A DNA stretch of 32,374 nt from a virus. Position 1 is the first letter of the stretch, and each line of letters starts with the position of its first letter. This document shows positions 31,793 through 32,374 of this stretch, piece after piece. The translations under genes and the position numbers were made by a program. The notes under the pieces are model-generated. The model did no database searches. It was not told where the DNA came from and worked only from the letters and a program-made list of their open reading frames with translations. The stretch lies in the IMG/VR virus record IMGVR_UViG_3300025018_000383; one strand, written 5' to 3'.

Positions 31793-32374
31793 TGCGGACC
31801 CACCAATGTGCCATCGGTGCGGATCGCTTTCGCCAGCGCCGGAATATCCACGCCGCGCAGGTCGAGCTCATACACGCCGGCCCGGCCGGCGCCACGCAAC
31901 CACTGCGGCCCCGCTCCGGTTGGGTCGGTGGCGCTGATCCGATAGCGGCCATTCCCGACCGCGACAAAGTACAGGTCGCTGTGTTGGCGCTTGCGAAAAG
32001 CTCCGTCATCCACCCAGCGTGGCGACACGCCGCCCACACCGAACTGGGCGAGGTCCTGATCGCGGATGTTTTCCAGTGCGTACTCCAGATCGGGCTGCGG
32101 TACTTGCGGCGGCACCACCGTCAGTAAGCCGTTCACGTCGGTTGAACCGCCGGTTTTCACGCCGTCGGCCCGCACCAGGCCGCCCATGGCCGCATGAACC
32201 GCCGCAGCATAGGCGCGTTTGGCCGCGCGATCTTGCGCGCCAGCCTGAAGCCCTGTGCGGCGGGCCGTGCTGGCGAACAGCGCATCAGCGGCCAGTCGCA
32301 CTGCGGCTTCGGCTTCTGGCGCCAGCGCCAGCGCCGGGCCGGCGTTCTCGGCAAACCACGCATCACGGATGGCT
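31789..32374 (-). CDS. C-terminal part of the internal virion protein of about 874 aa that starts at 2166 (wraps the junction)
   Basis: The reading frame is continuous with 1..2166 through the 127-nt overlap. The stop at 31789-31791 overlaps the next ATG. Confidence 0.8.
   Translation of the reverse strand, partial: AIRDAWFAENAGPALALAPEAEAAVRLAADALFASTARRTGLQAGAQDRAAKRAYAAAVHAAMGGLVRADGVKTGGSTDVNGLLTVVPPQVPQPDLEYALENIRDQDLAQFGVGGVSPRWVDDGAFRKRQHSDLYFVAVGNGRYRISATDPTGAGPQWLRGAGRAGVYELDLRGVDIPALAKAIRTDGTLVGPQ
32248..32374. repeat. Terminal overlap, copy 2 (identical to 1-127)
   Basis: Same as copy 1. A length of 127 is a typical maximum assembler k-mer, which is consistent with a circular-assembly artefact. 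Confidence 0.97.

Larger units (their letters stand above)
1..32374. mobile_element. Complete temperate podovirus-like phage genome, circularly closed contig (unique length 32,247 bp)
   Basis: Full set of phage modules is present: terminase, portal, scaffold, capsid, tail, lysis-like, replication and integrase. Terminal 127-nt identity. One ORF is split by the contig ends and is in frame across the junction. Confidence 0.85.

Overview
The window is a complete, circularly closed phage genome. Its first 127 nt are identical to its last 127 nt, so the unique length is 32,247 bp. The DNA is visibly GC-rich. The gene content fits a temperate, podovirus-like phage, and a GcrA-like gene suggests an alphaproteobacterial host. 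I found no rRNA, tRNA, CRISPR array, transposase or reverse transcriptase.

Two divergent arms leave a 193-bp control region at 16412-16604.

(1) The leftward (minus-strand) arm is about 27 kb and runs through the contig junction. In order it carries:
- a small protein, a Toprim primase and an SF3-type helicase;
- a non-coding island with GTTACA iterons and an alternating purine/pyrimidine palindrome;
- TerS, two coupled micro-ORFs and TerL;
- two small proteins, the portal, a small Bbp19-like protein, the scaffold, the major capsid protein and a small head protein;
- a T7-like adaptor and nozzle;
- a Gly-zipper membrane protein and three internal or ejection proteins of about 850 aa each, one with a ParB/Srx-like domain;
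- a beta-helix tail fibre or spike and two accessory proteins;
- a holin-like protein, a lipoprotein and a TM plus coiled-coil protein.
Nearly every junction in this arm is an ATGA, TGATG or GTGA overlap.

(2) The rightward (plus-strand) arm, 16605-21820, carries:
- a protein with Cys at every third residue;
- a lysine-free hyperacidic protein and a second small acidic protein;
- an XRE HTH regulator and a GcrA-like protein;
- small unknown proteins, an OmpR-type winged-helix protein and an ASCH protein;
- a tyrosine integrase.

The most unusual items are:
- the (C-x-x)25 protein and its coupled acidic partner;
- the iteron/palindrome island;
- the ParB-like domain inside the ejection-protein block;
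- a relay of mutually exclusive helices in the capsid mRNA leader;
- the absence of any endolysin I can recognise.

All functional calls rest on reading motifs, sizes and synteny by eye. No database search was possible.
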